Shown in pieces: positions 44,126 to 53,918 of a DNA stretch of 64,000 nucleotides. The stretch comes from Gemmatimonadota bacterium (GTDB taxonomy: Bacteria > Gemmatimonadota > Gemmatimonadetes > Longimicrobiales > Gaopeijiaceae). The position numbers and the translations under genes are program-made. Where the stretch lies: the NCBI GenBank assembly GCA_039030015.1, contig JBCCEZ010000014.1:15119-79118 (forward strand), in the 5' to 3' direction. The notes beneath the pieces are model-generated. The model did no database searches and was not told the DNA's origin. It worked only from the letters and a program-made list of their open reading frames with translations. The number at the start of each line of letters is the position of its first letter. Position 1 is the stretch's first letter.

Positions 44126-44515
44126 CTACCGAATTCCCGTATCGAAGCGCACCACGACATCCGTGAACTCCTCTTCGAGCACCGTGACGTCCTGCGCGCT
44201 CACGGCCGGGAAGGGAGTCCCTCCCTCCGGACTCAAGACGTAGCTCCCCGGCTCCAAGCCGACGCGGAAGGTGCCGTCCGTCTCCGAGCGAATGCGCACG
44301 ACGAAGTCGAGGTCGGCGTCGAGGACGTCGATCCACGCTTGGTGGGGAAGGTCCGGACACGGATTCGCCTGTGACTGCACCGGACACTGCGGACCGATCA
44401 ACGCCGTCCCGTCGATTCCTTGTGGAAGCGCGGGATCGAAGAGGTGACTGCTGTCACATGCGGAGGCGGCCAGCGTCATGGAGGCCAGCAGCGCACCGAG
44501 TCGTGCTGCGGACAT
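44126..44515 (-). CDS. Small hypothetical lipoprotein
   Basis: MSAARLGALLASMTLAASAC is a signal plus lipobox. The body is beta-rich (TDGTFRVGLEPGSYVLSP). The ORF-track start at 44728 was replaced by 44515. Confidence 0.6.
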   Translation of the reverse strand: MSAARLGALLASMTLAASACDSSHLFDPALPQGIDGTALIGPQCPVQSQANPCPDLPHQAWIDVLDADLDFVVRIRSETDGTFRVGLEPGSYVLSPEGGTPFPAVSAQDVTVLEEEFTDVVVRFDTGIR

Positions 44516-44656
44516 GGGTCGGCTCGCTATGGGTCGGGTCCAGGATGCACCCATGCAACGTCTCGTCCGCCGGGATCCTGACAGTCCGGCGCCCGAACGG
44601 GGACGGGGCCTGCTAGCTTCCGCGACCGAATCCCCTCGATCCGTTCCGCGCCCCGA

Positions 44657-45709
44657 ATGACTCCAACCGCACATACCGTGGTGATCGGTGCCGGCGTGAG
44701 CGGTCTCGCCACGGCCCGAACGCTTCAAGCGGCGGGCGTCGACGTCGTCGTGCTCGAAGCTCGTGACCGGGTCGGCGGGCGGCTGCGTTCCGTGCCCCTC
44801 GGAGACGCGGGGGTCGACCTAGGCGCAACGTGGTTCTGGGCGAACGAACCCCGGGTGGTCGCCCTGGTCGAGGAGTTCGGCTTGGCGACCCATGCGCAAC
44901 ATCTGGCCGGCGACGCCTTGTACCAGATCCCCGGTGTTGTCCAACGAATCGCGGGGAATCCGATCGATGGACCCGCGTGGCGACTCTCCGCGGGCACCCA
45001 GCGCCTGGCCGAAGCGCTCGCGGAATGTCTCGACGAAGGCACGGTGCGCCTCGAGCATGTCGTGTCCGCGATCCGAGCCGTCGATGGGCTCCTCTCGGTC
45101 GAGGGTTCGTTCGGATCGATCGAGGGGCGACACGTTGTGGTCGCGCTGCCGCCGGTTCTGGCCGTGCACGCTCTGGACTTCGATCCCCCCCTCCCGGAAT
45201 CGACCCGGGCGATTGCAGGCCAGGTCCCTGTCTGGATGGGGTCGATGACGAAGGTCGTGATCCGGTACGCGACCCCGTTCTGGAGGGAGAGGGGGCTGGC
45301 CGGCGCGGTGATGAGTCATGCAGGGCCGATGCGGGAGATGCACGACATGAGCGGCCCGGCCGGAGACCCGGCCGCGCTCTTCGGATTCGCGCCGCCACTC
45401 CATCCCCAAGCCCCGACGGTCTCGGAGGACGCCGTACGGCGGCAGCTCACCGAGCTCTTCGGCGCGGACGCCCCCGAGCCCGTCGACGTCGCCATCACAG
45501 ACTGGCGCATGGAACGCTTCACGACCCCGCCCGGAGCGGTGTCACTCCAGTCGTACGAGACGTATGGCCATCCGGTCTTCCAAACCCCGACGTGGGAGGG
45601 GCGCCTCCACTGGTCGTCGACCGAGACATCTCGTGACTTCCCCGGGCACATCGAAGGAGCGCTCTCGGCCGCAGCACGGACCGCCGAAGCGATCCTCTCG
45701 GGCGCGTAA
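44657..45709 (+). CDS. FAD-dependent amine oxidase (flavin monoamine oxidase family)
   Basis: VVIGAGVSGLATARTL...VVVLEARDRVGGR is the dinucleotide-binding motif. The C-terminal FPGHIEGALSAA is also present. Confidence 0.9.
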   Translation: MTPTAHTVVIGAGVSGLATARTLQAAGVDVVVLEARDRVGGRLRSVPLGDAGVDLGATWFWANEPRVVALVEEFGLATHAQHLAGDALYQIPGVVQRIAGNPIDGPAWRLSAGTQRLAEALAECLDEGTVRLEHVVSAIRAVDGLLSVEGSFGSIEGRHVVVALPPVLAVHALDFDPPLPESTRAIAGQVPVWMGSMTKVVIRYATPFWRERGLAGAVMSHAGPMREMHDMSGPAGDPAALFGFAPPLHPQAPTVSEDAVRRQLTELFGADAPEPVDVAITDWRMERFTTPPGAVSLQSYETYGHPVFQTPTWEGRLHWSSTETSRDFPGHIEGALSAAARTAEAILSGA

Positions 45710-45722
45710 CCCGTCCTCGAAG

Positions 45723-45753
45723 CCCGAGGCCCTCCTCGATCGAGGACCTCGGG
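45723..45753. terminator. Long hairpin between convergent genes
   Basis: CCCGAGG-CCC-TCCTCGATCGAGGA-CCTCGGG has 7-bp outer arms plus an inner palindrome. It lies between the stops at 45709 (+) and 45772 (-). Confidence 0.45.
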
Positions 45754-45771
45754 CAGAGGATCGCTCACTGA

Positions 45772-47166
45772 CTACGGCGTGGGGCAGGACCCCCGTCGCC
45801 CGATGTCGGAGGCGAAGGCGTAGGCGATGGCTTCGATCGCGTCCTTGTGGAGCATGAGTCGGTCCCGACGGAGCTCACGCACCTGACGGACGACATCGCG
45901 TAGGTACGTCCCGCGCCTGGGGAATCGGACGCTCCCGTCCGCCGCGGGCGTGCACGAGATGTCTTCGAACGCTCCGGTCAGGAATCCGACCTGCGCGTTC
46001 GGGTCCGCAGCCTGGGCGCGCCACACACCGAGCTCGACCTCGGGAAGGCGCACACCGCCGAGCGCGTTTGTATCTGCGTTCCGGGCGATCTGAGTCGGGA
46101 AGCCGTAGACCGGATCCGGGTCTCCCGACGTGTCGTCGTCGAGGAAGACGCTCGCGGTCGGGCTTCGGTGCCACCGGTGCCAACGGTCCCCTGCGACGAA
46201 CGCCGCGCGTGCGATGATCGACCAGTCCACCGGATTCGTACCCTCGATGCCCGGGCCGAAGACGGGGTTGTCGTAGTTCTCGGGGATGTCGGGGATGTGC
46301 GCGGCCCCCGCGACTTCATACACGCGGTACGTGCTCGGTCGGTCAGCGGCGGCCCGAAGTACACGACCGTCCGAGATGACGAGATCGGCCTCGGCTTGCA
46401 CGATCATGACCTTTCCGACTCCGGTCACGGGCGTGTACTCGCCCTGGAAGCCGCCGCCCTGCCACCACGTGGCGGCGAGCATCGTGAAGTCGAAGAGGCC
46501 CGGGCCGTGCTCGGAGCGGAGCAGCCGATGCATGAGCCAGCTCGTCTGAGAGAAGCCGAAGCCGTAGAAGCGATGAGCTTTCCCGAGCAGCTGTGCACCC
46601 TCGTGGGAGTGCTTCAGAGCGTTCACGAATTGCACCACGATCTCGTCGTCCTGCCCGCCCGGGATCTCCACATCCGTGGCCTCGGGATCCAAGACGCTCT
46701 GGGCGAAGGTCGACCATCCGACGCTCGCCCACCGGTACCCCCGGTTGAAGAGGAAGTCCTGCCCGAGGTAGTCGTCCCGGCCGGAGAAACGTTGGGCGAA
46801 GTGGGGCGGCTCGATCAGCACGGTCCCGTTTCCGTCGTGCGCGTGCTCGGGGACGACGATCTCGAAGGGGACCCGGTACTCTCCTGCGCTCGTCGTGCCC
46901 TCGAATCGACCGGTGATCCGCACGTAGTCGCGACCGAGGAAGCGGCCGAACGCCTCGGCCTCGCCGACCTCGACGAATTGACCGGCCGGCGCCGCCGCGA
47001 CGAGCGACGCCTGGGGCGTCGTCACCTCGGTCGGGAGAATCGGGTCCTGACAGCCCGTGAACGCCACGGCGATCGCGATCGCGGACAGGCCGAGTCGCCT
47101 GTGCGGCCGCGCGCGATGTGACGCAGTGGAGCGTCGTGTGTATCCGAATGTCATAGAGTCCTCCAT
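45772..47166 (-). CDS. Hypothetical lipoprotein, possibly an alpha/beta-hydrolase-domain protein
   Basis: The signal and lipobox are LSAIAIAVAFTGC. YRVPFEIVVPEHAHDGNGTVLIEPPHF and FYGFGFSQTSW resemble an alpha/beta-hydrolase-domain family, from memory only. Confidence 0.65.
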   Translation of the reverse strand: MEDSMTFGYTRRSTASHRARPHRRLGLSAIAIAVAFTGCQDPILPTEVTTPQASLVAAAPAGQFVEVGEAEAFGRFLGRDYVRITGRFEGTTSAGEYRVPFEIVVPEHAHDGNGTVLIEPPHFAQRFSGRDDYLGQDFLFNRGYRWASVGWSTFAQSVLDPEATDVEIPGGQDDEIVVQFVNALKHSHEGAQLLGKAHRFYGFGFSQTSWLMHRLLRSEHGPGLFDFTMLAATWWQGGGFQGEYTPVTGVGKVMIVQAEADLVISDGRVLRAAADRPSTYRVYEVAGAAHIPDIPENYDNPVFGPGIEGTNPVDWSIIARAAFVAGDRWHRWHRSPTASVFLDDDTSGDPDPVYGFPTQIARNADTNALGGVRLPEVELGVWRAQAADPNAQVGFLTGAFEDISCTPAADGSVRFPRRGTYLRDVVRQVRELRRDRLMLHKDAIEAIAYAFASDIGRRGSCPTP

Positions 47167-47339
47167 TCCGGCGCGACTTCACCTCGCGCCGATGTGTGTG
47201 AAGCGGGCTCCGTGGCCCTGGAGGCTCACGTACGCCCGCGCGCGTCCGCTCACCGTCCGCTGGGCGTCATCCGCGGTGGGCTCGCTCGTATCTCCCTGCA
47301 CGACAACGGAATCCGGCATGGCTGCGAAGGGAGGACGAG

Positions 47340-50159
47340 GTGGCGGAGCGGCGGGAGACACGGGAGACAGGGGTGCGCCTGACGACGTTGGGCCGTTTGG
47401 ACCTCCACGGGCCGGACACCGGTGTGGCTCGGGTGCTTCGTCAGCCGAAGTCTCTCGGCGTGCTCGTCTTCCTCGCCGTGGAGTCGAGGGAGGGCTTCGT
47501 GCGCCGCGACCGGGTCGTCGGGATGTTCTGGCCGGACCTCGATCACAAACGGGCACGGGCCGCGCTCCGCAACGTGGTCTACCAGCTGCGGCGTGCGTTG
47601 CCCCCTGGAGCGATCGACGCCGAGGGCGACGAGATGCTGCGCGTGGATCCCGCGATCGTGCGGACGGACGCGGTCGACTTCGAGAGGGCGGTGGATCGAG
47701 GGGCGACCGACGCAGCGCTCGACCTCTACCGAGGTGACTTCATGCCGGGCTTTCACCTGCATGGGGCGAGCGAATTCGATGCGTGGCGAGATGGCGTGGA
47801 ACGGACGTACCGCCGCACCGCGCTCGCCGGCGCGGCCGATCTCGCGGCCCGGGCCGAAGAGGAAGGAGCCTCCGCCGACGCGATCCGTTGGCTGGAGAAG
47901 GCCGTCGCCGTGGCCCCGTACGACGAGGAGCCGGTACAACGCCTGATCGTCGCACTGCTGGCACGCGGAGATCGCGGCGCGGCGCACGCCGTGTACCGTA
48001 CGCACGAAGGTCGTCTCCGACACCTCGAGCTCGCCCCCGCAGCCAAGACGACCGAGCTGCTCACGGCGAGCGACGAGCCTCGGATCGGCCCGCGGCTCCG
48101 ACCTCCGAGTCGGGAAGCGAGTGCGGCTGCGGCCCAGGTCCACGCGCCCGCCCGAAACCGTTCCGCTCTCCCGAGGCGATCGCTCCGTCCACTTCTGGCC
48201 GCCGCAGCCGGTGCCGTGCTTCTCGGAGTCGGCCTCGTCGGAGTCGCACGGCCGCGCCTCCTCGCGCATCAGGCGTGGACGGAGGGCTTCGCCCACTTCC
48301 GAGCCGATGTGGCCCGCGGCGACGCCGTCGAGGCGTACGAACGCGGTCGACGGCTCCGTCCCTGGCTCGCGGGCGACGACGAGTTCGACGCCTTGTGGGA
48401 GCAAATCACCACCCCGGTGACGATCCGCACGAATGCGGGCCACGCCACCGTGTCGGTCCAGGACTACGCGCACCCCGATCGACCGTGGGTGACGCTCGGT
48501 ACGACCCCGCTCGTCGACGTCCCGCTACCCGCCGCGTATCTCCGATGGCGCATCGAGCGCCCGGGGCACCGTCCGGTCGAGCGCGCCGGTTTCGACGTGG
48601 CGTTCCGGAGCGACATCACCTTCGATCTACCGAGCGAGAACGGGCCCACCGATATGGCCTACGTCTCCGGAGACGCGCTCAATCCCGGCGCCCCCGTTCG
48701 TGCCCGTCTGCAGCCGTATTGGATGGATCGGTACGAAGTCACGAACGTCGAGTACGACCACTTCGTGCGCGGAGGCGGGTATCGGACGGTCCACACCGCG
48801 TCGACCAGCCCGGACGATCGGCTGCCCGGGCTCTCGGGGTTTGTCGATCGATCGGGCCTACCCGGCCCGTCCACCTGGTCGGGCGGAACGTGGCCGAGCG
48901 GCCGGGATCGCCATCCGGTGCGCGGCGTGAGCTGGTTCGAGGCGGCTGCGTACTGCGCGTGGGTGGGGAAGGAGCTTCCGACGGCGTCTCACTGGTTCGC
49001 CGCGGGTGGCTTTGCCGGCTACTCGGACATCCTGACCCTGGCCAACTTCTCCCGCGTAGGACCTATCGCTGTGGGCGAGGCGGGCGCGATCGGGCCGTAC
49101 GGCCATCACGATCTTGCGGGTAACGTGCGCGAGTGGGTCGCGAATGAAGTGGACGGCGGGCACGCGATTCTCGGCGGGGCGTGGGACACTCCGGCGTACC
49201 AGTTCATGTCGACCGACGTGTCGGACCCCTTCGACCGATCCGATCACAACGGCTTCCGGTGCGCGCGAGTGCTCGAAGGCGCGACGCACGAGTCCCGGGA
49301 GCCACTGGTCCGACGTCGTGCCGCGTTGGAGGCGCCCGCAGTGCCGGCTGCTTCGTTGGAGGACCGGATCGACCGGTTCGGCTACGACGCGACGCCTCTC
49401 GAGGCACGTGTCGACAGTACGGCCGACGGACATCCGATGTGGCGCCGAGAGTTCGTCAGCTTCGACGCCGCATACGGCGACGAGCGAATGGGTGCGGTCG
49501 TGTACATGCCGCGGCACGGCTCTCCTCCGTTCGAGCCCGTCGTGGTGCACCCGGGCGCGGATGCGACGCTACTTCCGCACGCGGCCTCCGCTCGGACGTA
49601 CTGGTTCGACTTCCTCGCGCGGGGCGACTACGCCGTGGTGTACCCGGTGTACAAGGGGACGTACGAGCGCCGGGCTCCGATCAGTGGCCCGATCGGACTT
49701 CGCGATCGAGTCGTCGAGCGGGTGAAGGATGTCCGGCGAGCCCTCGACTACATCGAATCGAGAGACGACCTCGACGGCCCGATCACCTACTACGGCTTCA
49801 GCCAGGGGGCGGCGTTGGCCCCACTCGTCGCGGCGGCGGAGCCGAGAATCGGCTCGGTCGTCGTGCTGTCGGGCGGACTGGGTCGGGCGAGGCTCGACGA
49901 TGCGGTAGAGCCGAGACACTACCTTCCGCACGCCGACCGGCCGCTCCTCATGATCGGCGGCGAGCTGGACTTCCTCTTCCCGTTCGCGACGGCACAGCGT
50001 CGATACTTCGAGGCGTGGGGGAGCGCCGAGCCCGAGAAGCGCTTGGTCGGGATGCCCTTCGGCCACACGCCCCGGGACATGCGGCCGGTGGCCGACGAGG
50101 TACTGGCCTGGCTGGCAGCACGGACAACGGCGCCGACGACGGACGAGCCCGGCTCTTGA
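47340..50159 (+). CDS. Membrane-tethered SARP/BTAD transcriptional regulator with extracytoplasmic FGE-sulfatase (SUMF1) and alpha/beta-hydrolase domains
   Basis: The GTG start is preceded by GGGAGGA. The N-terminus has a winged helix plus BTAD (LYRGDFMPGF...EFDAWRD...PYDEEPVQRLIVALLARGDRGAAHAVY). One TM helix follows (LLAAAAGAVLLGVGLVGV). FGE motifs are YWMDRYEVTNVEYDHF, HPVRGVSWFEAAAYCAWVGKELP and LAGNVREWV. The C-terminal nucleophile elbow is GFSQG. Confidence 0.85.
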   Translation: MAERRETRETGVRLTTLGRLDLHGPDTGVARVLRQPKSLGVLVFLAVESREGFVRRDRVVGMFWPDLDHKRARAALRNVVYQLRRALPPGAIDAEGDEMLRVDPAIVRTDAVDFERAVDRGATDAALDLYRGDFMPGFHLHGASEFDAWRDGVERTYRRTALAGAADLAARAEEEGASADAIRWLEKAVAVAPYDEEPVQRLIVALLARGDRGAAHAVYRTHEGRLRHLELAPAAKTTELLTASDEPRIGPRLRPPSREASAAAAQVHAPARNRSALPRRSLRPLLAAAAGAVLLGVGLVGVARPRLLAHQAWTEGFAHFRADVARGDAVEAYERGRRLRPWLAGDDEFDALWEQITTPVTIRTNAGHATVSVQDYAHPDRPWVTLGTTPLVDVPLPAAYLRWRIERPGHRPVERAGFDVAFRSDITFDLPSENGPTDMAYVSGDALNPGAPVRARLQPYWMDRYEVTNVEYDHFVRGGGYRTVHTASTSPDDRLPGLSGFVDRSGLPGPSTWSGGTWPSGRDRHPVRGVSWFEAAAYCAWVGKELPTASHWFAAGGFAGYSDILTLANFSRVGPIAVGEAGAIGPYGHHDLAGNVREWVANEVDGGHAILGGAWDTPAYQFMSTDVSDPFDRSDHNGFRCARVLEGATHESREPLVRRRAALEAPAVPAASLEDRIDRFGYDATPLEARVDSTADGHPMWRREFVSFDAAYGDERMGAVVYMPRHGSPPFEPVVVHPGADATLLPHAASARTYWFDFLARGDYAVVYPVYKGTYERRAPISGPIGLRDRVVERVKDVRRALDYIESRDDLDGPITYYGFSQGAALAPLVAAAEPRIGSVVVLSGGLGRARLDDAVEPRHYLPHADRPLLMIGGELDFLFPFATAQRRYFEAWGSAEPEKRLVGMPFGHTPRDMRPVADEVLAWLAARTTAPTTDEPGS

Positions 50160-50265
50160 TGTAGGGGGTCGGACTCCGCACTCCACTACTGCGGACGGCC
50201 GGTCGCTTCGCGATCTTGGAAGGACGTGCACCCCGCACTGGACCTTCCGAGGAGGCCGTGACGTA

Positions 50266-52083
50266 GTGAGCGAAGCACCCGGCCGCCGGCTCCGAGAGGA
50301 GCTCGGCGCACAGCTGTCCAACGGCGCATGGGCCCTGGGCCGTGCGTGGGAGGAGAGTCGGATGCTGCTCTCGGGCCTGGCCGTCAGCATGTTGGTGCGC
50401 GGTCTTCTGCCCGCAGCGTTGGCGCTGACGCTCAAGGCGCTCATCGACGCAGTGGCGGAGCCTGGAGTCGGTGCCGATGAGGCGGCCGTGCTCGGACTCG
50501 TCGTCGCCATCTTCCTCTTGGCGCTGCTCGAGGGGCTCAGCTGGTTCGGGGAGCGGTACCTGTCCGCGCGGCTACGCGACGACCTCGACCTCCGGATCTC
50601 GGTCGACGTGCTCGAGCACGCGAGCAAGATGAGCCTGACCTACATCGAGGATCCGGCGAAGCGGGACCTCATCGATCGGGCTCGTGCCAATCCGGGCACG
50701 CGCGTGGCGCTCCTCGTGAAAGAGCTCCGCGTCGCGGTGACGATGGGACTCCAGGCCGTCTCCCTCTTCGGTGTGCTCATCGCGATTGAGCCCCTGGTCG
50801 CGGTCGTGGTCCCGCTCGTGGCGGTGCCCTTCCTCTTCTTCCAATGGCGGCTGGGTACGCGTCGGTACCTCGAACAGCACGAACGGGTGACGCGGGCGCG
50901 GTGGTCCTGGTACTACTCGGACCTCGCGCTCGGGCCGTACTCCGCGTCGGAGACCCGCCTCCTCGATCTCGGACCGCTCCTCGTCGATCGATACCGCGGG
51001 CTGCTCGACGGCTTCCGTCGTCGGGACGGCTCACTACACCGGCAGGACTTCTTCGGGAGCTCGATCGCGACGATCCTGCTCTCGCTCGGGCTGTACGGAC
51101 TCTTCGCGCTGGTCACCCTGGACGTGCTGAACGGGACCGGGACGATCGGGGATCTGGCGATCTTTACCGGAGCCGCGGCTCGTCTGAGGTCGTCGGTCGA
51201 TCAGGCCATTCGATCCGTTTCGACTGCGCTGGAGCACAGCCTCTTCGTCGCCGATCTCCGAGAGTTTCTCGACACGGCTCCGGCTCTCGAACACGGAGCG
51301 GAGACGTTCCGACCCGTCCCCGGCAGTGCCCGCGTCTCCGTTGAAGACGTGAGCTTTGCCTACCCGAACGGGACGGCGGTCTTGGATGGTGTCTCCTTCG
51401 AGATGCGTCCGGGCGAGACCGTGGCGTTGGTCGGAGAGAACGGGGCGGGGAAGACGACGCTGGCCAAGCTCATCGCGGGTCTCTATCCGCCTGCGGCGGG
51501 CACGATCCGATGGCAGGGTGTCGACCTGAGGGACATCGACCCCGGCGACCTGCACGAGCACGTGAGCTTCATCTTCCAGCGCTTCGGCCGGTACGAAGGC
51601 ACGGTCACCGACAACATCGCGTTCGGAGATTGGCGACAGCTTCTGAGTCGGCCCGACGAGGTACGGGAGATCGCCGGACGGGCCGGTGTGGACTCGATCG
51701 CCGAAGCGCTGCCCGACGGCTTCGACACGGTGCTCGGGCGGCTTTTCGGAACGGTGTCGCTGTCGGGTGGACAGTGGCAGCAGCTCGCCCTCGCGCGTGG
51801 GCTGGCTCGCGAGAGTTCGCTCATCATCCTCGACGAGCCGACGGCCAACCTCGATCCGCGGGCCGAGTACGAGCTCTTCACCCGCTTCAAGCAGCTGGCC
51901 GCGGGTCGCACGGCGCTGATCGTTTCGCACCGTTTCAGCACAATCGCGATGGCCGACCGGATCGTCGTGCTCTCGGAAGGTCGGGTGATCGAGGATGGCT
52001 CCCACGACCAGCTCCTCGGCTTGGGCGGGACGTACGCCGCCCTCTATGAGCTGCATCGACAACGACTACCGGACGCGCCTTGA
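50266..52083 (+). CDS. ABC exporter, fused permease and ATPase (MsbA/type I exporter-like)
   Basis: Six N-terminal TM helices are present. Walker A is GENGAGKTT, the signature is LSGGQWQQ and Walker B is LIILDEPT. Confidence 0.95.
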   Translation: MSEAPGRRLREELGAQLSNGAWALGRAWEESRMLLSGLAVSMLVRGLLPAALALTLKALIDAVAEPGVGADEAAVLGLVVAIFLLALLEGLSWFGERYLSARLRDDLDLRISVDVLEHASKMSLTYIEDPAKRDLIDRARANPGTRVALLVKELRVAVTMGLQAVSLFGVLIAIEPLVAVVVPLVAVPFLFFQWRLGTRRYLEQHERVTRARWSWYYSDLALGPYSASETRLLDLGPLLVDRYRGLLDGFRRRDGSLHRQDFFGSSIATILLSLGLYGLFALVTLDVLNGTGTIGDLAIFTGAAARLRSSVDQAIRSVSTALEHSLFVADLREFLDTAPALEHGAETFRPVPGSARVSVEDVSFAYPNGTAVLDGVSFEMRPGETVALVGENGAGKTTLAKLIAGLYPPAAGTIRWQGVDLRDIDPGDLHEHVSFIFQRFGRYEGTVTDNIAFGDWRQLLSRPDEVREIAGRAGVDSIAEALPDGFDTVLGRLFGTVSLSGGQWQQLALARGLARESSLIILDEPTANLDPRAEYELFTRFKQLAAGRTALIVSHRFSTIAMADRIVVLSEGRVIEDGSHDQLLGLGGTYAALYELHRQRLPDAP

Positions 52084-53918
52084 GCGACGTAGGCGCGACC
52101 TCCGTTCGGGCGGACCGCTTCGTCGCCGGGGCCGTGCTGGTCGGCATCGTCGCGCGAGCGGTGTCGCTGGCCGATGACCCGGTCCATCGGAGTTGGATCG
52201 GCTGGGTTCAGGACGAGGGGCGCTGGGCAGAGGCCGCTCGGGCGTGGTCGCTCTTCGGTTCGCTCGACGGGATCAGCAGCGTCGCGACCGTCCACCTCGC
52301 CCTCGGCCCGATGTGGCACGCCGTCTCCGCCGCCTTCTTCGCAGTCTTCGGTGTCGGCGTCGTATCGGCCCGACTCCCGAGTCTCATCGCGGGTTCGGCT
52401 ATCCTCGTCCTCCTCGCGATCGGCCTGAGGGGGAGGGTGCCCCTGTGGTCGGTGGCGATGGCCGTCGGACTCGCCGCCGTCGACCCCGCGCTGGTCTACT
52501 TCAGCGGGGTGGCGATCCCGGAGATGATGGCGCTGCTCTGGCAGCTGAGTGCCTTCATCGTGCTCGTGCGGCATCCGGAGTCGAACCGGGCAGCCTTCTT
52601 CGCCGGCGTACTCGCGCTCTGTTCTCTCGCCACGAAGGCGACGACTGCCCCCGCGGTCGTCGGGATCTTCGTATCGCTCGTCGCGATGCACCGCGGTTCG
52701 CCGCACTCGATCGTGCGACACGGTGCGGCGTTTTGCGCCCCGATCGGAGGGGCCGTCGTTGTCGCCGTGGTCGCCTCGTCGGGTGGCGGACGGGGCGGCG
52801 CCGTGGCCCAACAGCTCCTCGGCTTCATCGCACTGAACCCGGTGTCCGAGGTGCTTTCCGTCCTGTATGCGAGCGGGCGCGGCATCTCTCGGGGAGACCC
52901 GTCGGCCGTGAATCTGCTCTTGATCGGGGTGTGGACGGCCGGGATGGTGCTGCTCCCGCTCCGCTCGCGGGCGAGGCTCTCCGAGTCGGAGCGCGTCTTC
53001 CGTGGCGCGATCGTGTGGGCTGCCGCGATCCTCGGCGCCTGGGCCGTGCTCGACTACTTCCCGGATCGTTGGGTCGTCCACCTCCACCTCCCCTTGATCG
53101 TCGCACTCGCAAGCGGGTCCGCGGCCGCGGCAGAGGCGGACCGAGACGAGGTTGCCGAGCCCAGTCGGTTCGGGAGGGCGCTCCTCGTTCTTCCCGCCGC
53201 GATCACGGTGGCCGCGTGGCTCGTGCCCCTCGTGTCCAGCCTCGGGGTCGACGCGGACCGTGTTCGCTGGCATGTCCTTCTCGTGCTCGGAGCCTTCGGC
53301 GTGCTCAGTGCGGTCACGCGGTTCGGGGCCGACTCCTCCCGAGCGGCGATGCTCGCGGGGTGGGGACTCTTCGCCCTTCTGGCGTGGCGAGCCATCGCCG
53401 GCCCCTACCCGTGGGGACGTTTCTGGCGGGTGGACGACGGTGCCCTCCTCGGCACGACACTGACCCTCGTCGCGGCGGGCGGGGCGACGCCACTCGTATG
53501 GTCCAGGATCGGCGGCGAACGAGAGCGCCTGACCGTCGTCGTCCGAAGCTTCGTGGTCGGGCTCGGCGTGTGTTGGCTCGGCTTCGGCGTCGCGCGCCAC
53601 GCTCCCGGCAGCCGCGCGCTCGCGGACGTCGCCTCACACCTCGAACGGGAGTACACGCCGGGCACGATGATCGGCGTCGACGGGGCCGCGACGGTGATGC
53701 TCGGCACGAGCCACGTCTATCGGGAGGTCGAGGCGACGGACCCTCTTCCGGACGTCCTCGTCGTCTTGTCCGGCGGAGGGTGGGCTCCACCCGCCACCAC
53801 CGACCGTCGGGCCGATTTCGCTCTGGCGATGGAGGTCCGACTCCCCCGCTACGAACGTGGAACGGCGGAGCCCGCGTGGGTGCGGGTGTACGAACGAGCC
53901 GACTCGGGCACGGACTAG
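52080..53918 (+). CDS. GT-C-fold membrane glycosyltransferase (ArnT/PMT_2, GT39/GT83-like)
   Basis: The TTG start overlaps the upstream TGA. About 12 TM helices are present, with an early periplasmic loop DDPVHRSWIGWVQDEGRW and a soluble C-terminal domain. The architecture is typical of polyprenyl-phosphate-sugar-dependent transferases. Confidence 0.75.
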   Translation: MSDVGATSVRADRFVAGAVLVGIVARAVSLADDPVHRSWIGWVQDEGRWAEAARAWSLFGSLDGISSVATVHLALGPMWHAVSAAFFAVFGVGVVSARLPSLIAGSAILVLLAIGLRGRVPLWSVAMAVGLAAVDPALVYFSGVAIPEMMALLWQLSAFIVLVRHPESNRAAFFAGVLALCSLATKATTAPAVVGIFVSLVAMHRGSPHSIVRHGAAFCAPIGGAVVVAVVASSGGGRGGAVAQQLLGFIALNPVSEVLSVLYASGRGISRGDPSAVNLLLIGVWTAGMVLLPLRSRARLSESERVFRGAIVWAAAILGAWAVLDYFPDRWVVHLHLPLIVALASGSAAAAEADRDEVAEPSRFGRALLVLPAAITVAAWLVPLVSSLGVDADRVRWHVLLVLGAFGVLSAVTRFGADSSRAAMLAGWGLFALLAWRAIAGPYPWGRFWRVDDGALLGTTLTLVAAGGATPLVWSRIGGERERLTVVVRSFVVGLGVCWLGFGVARHAPGSRALADVASHLEREYTPGTMIGVDGAATVMLGTSHVYREVEATDPLPDVLVVLSGGGWAPPATTDRRADFALAMEVRLPRYERGTAEPAWVRVYERADSGTD

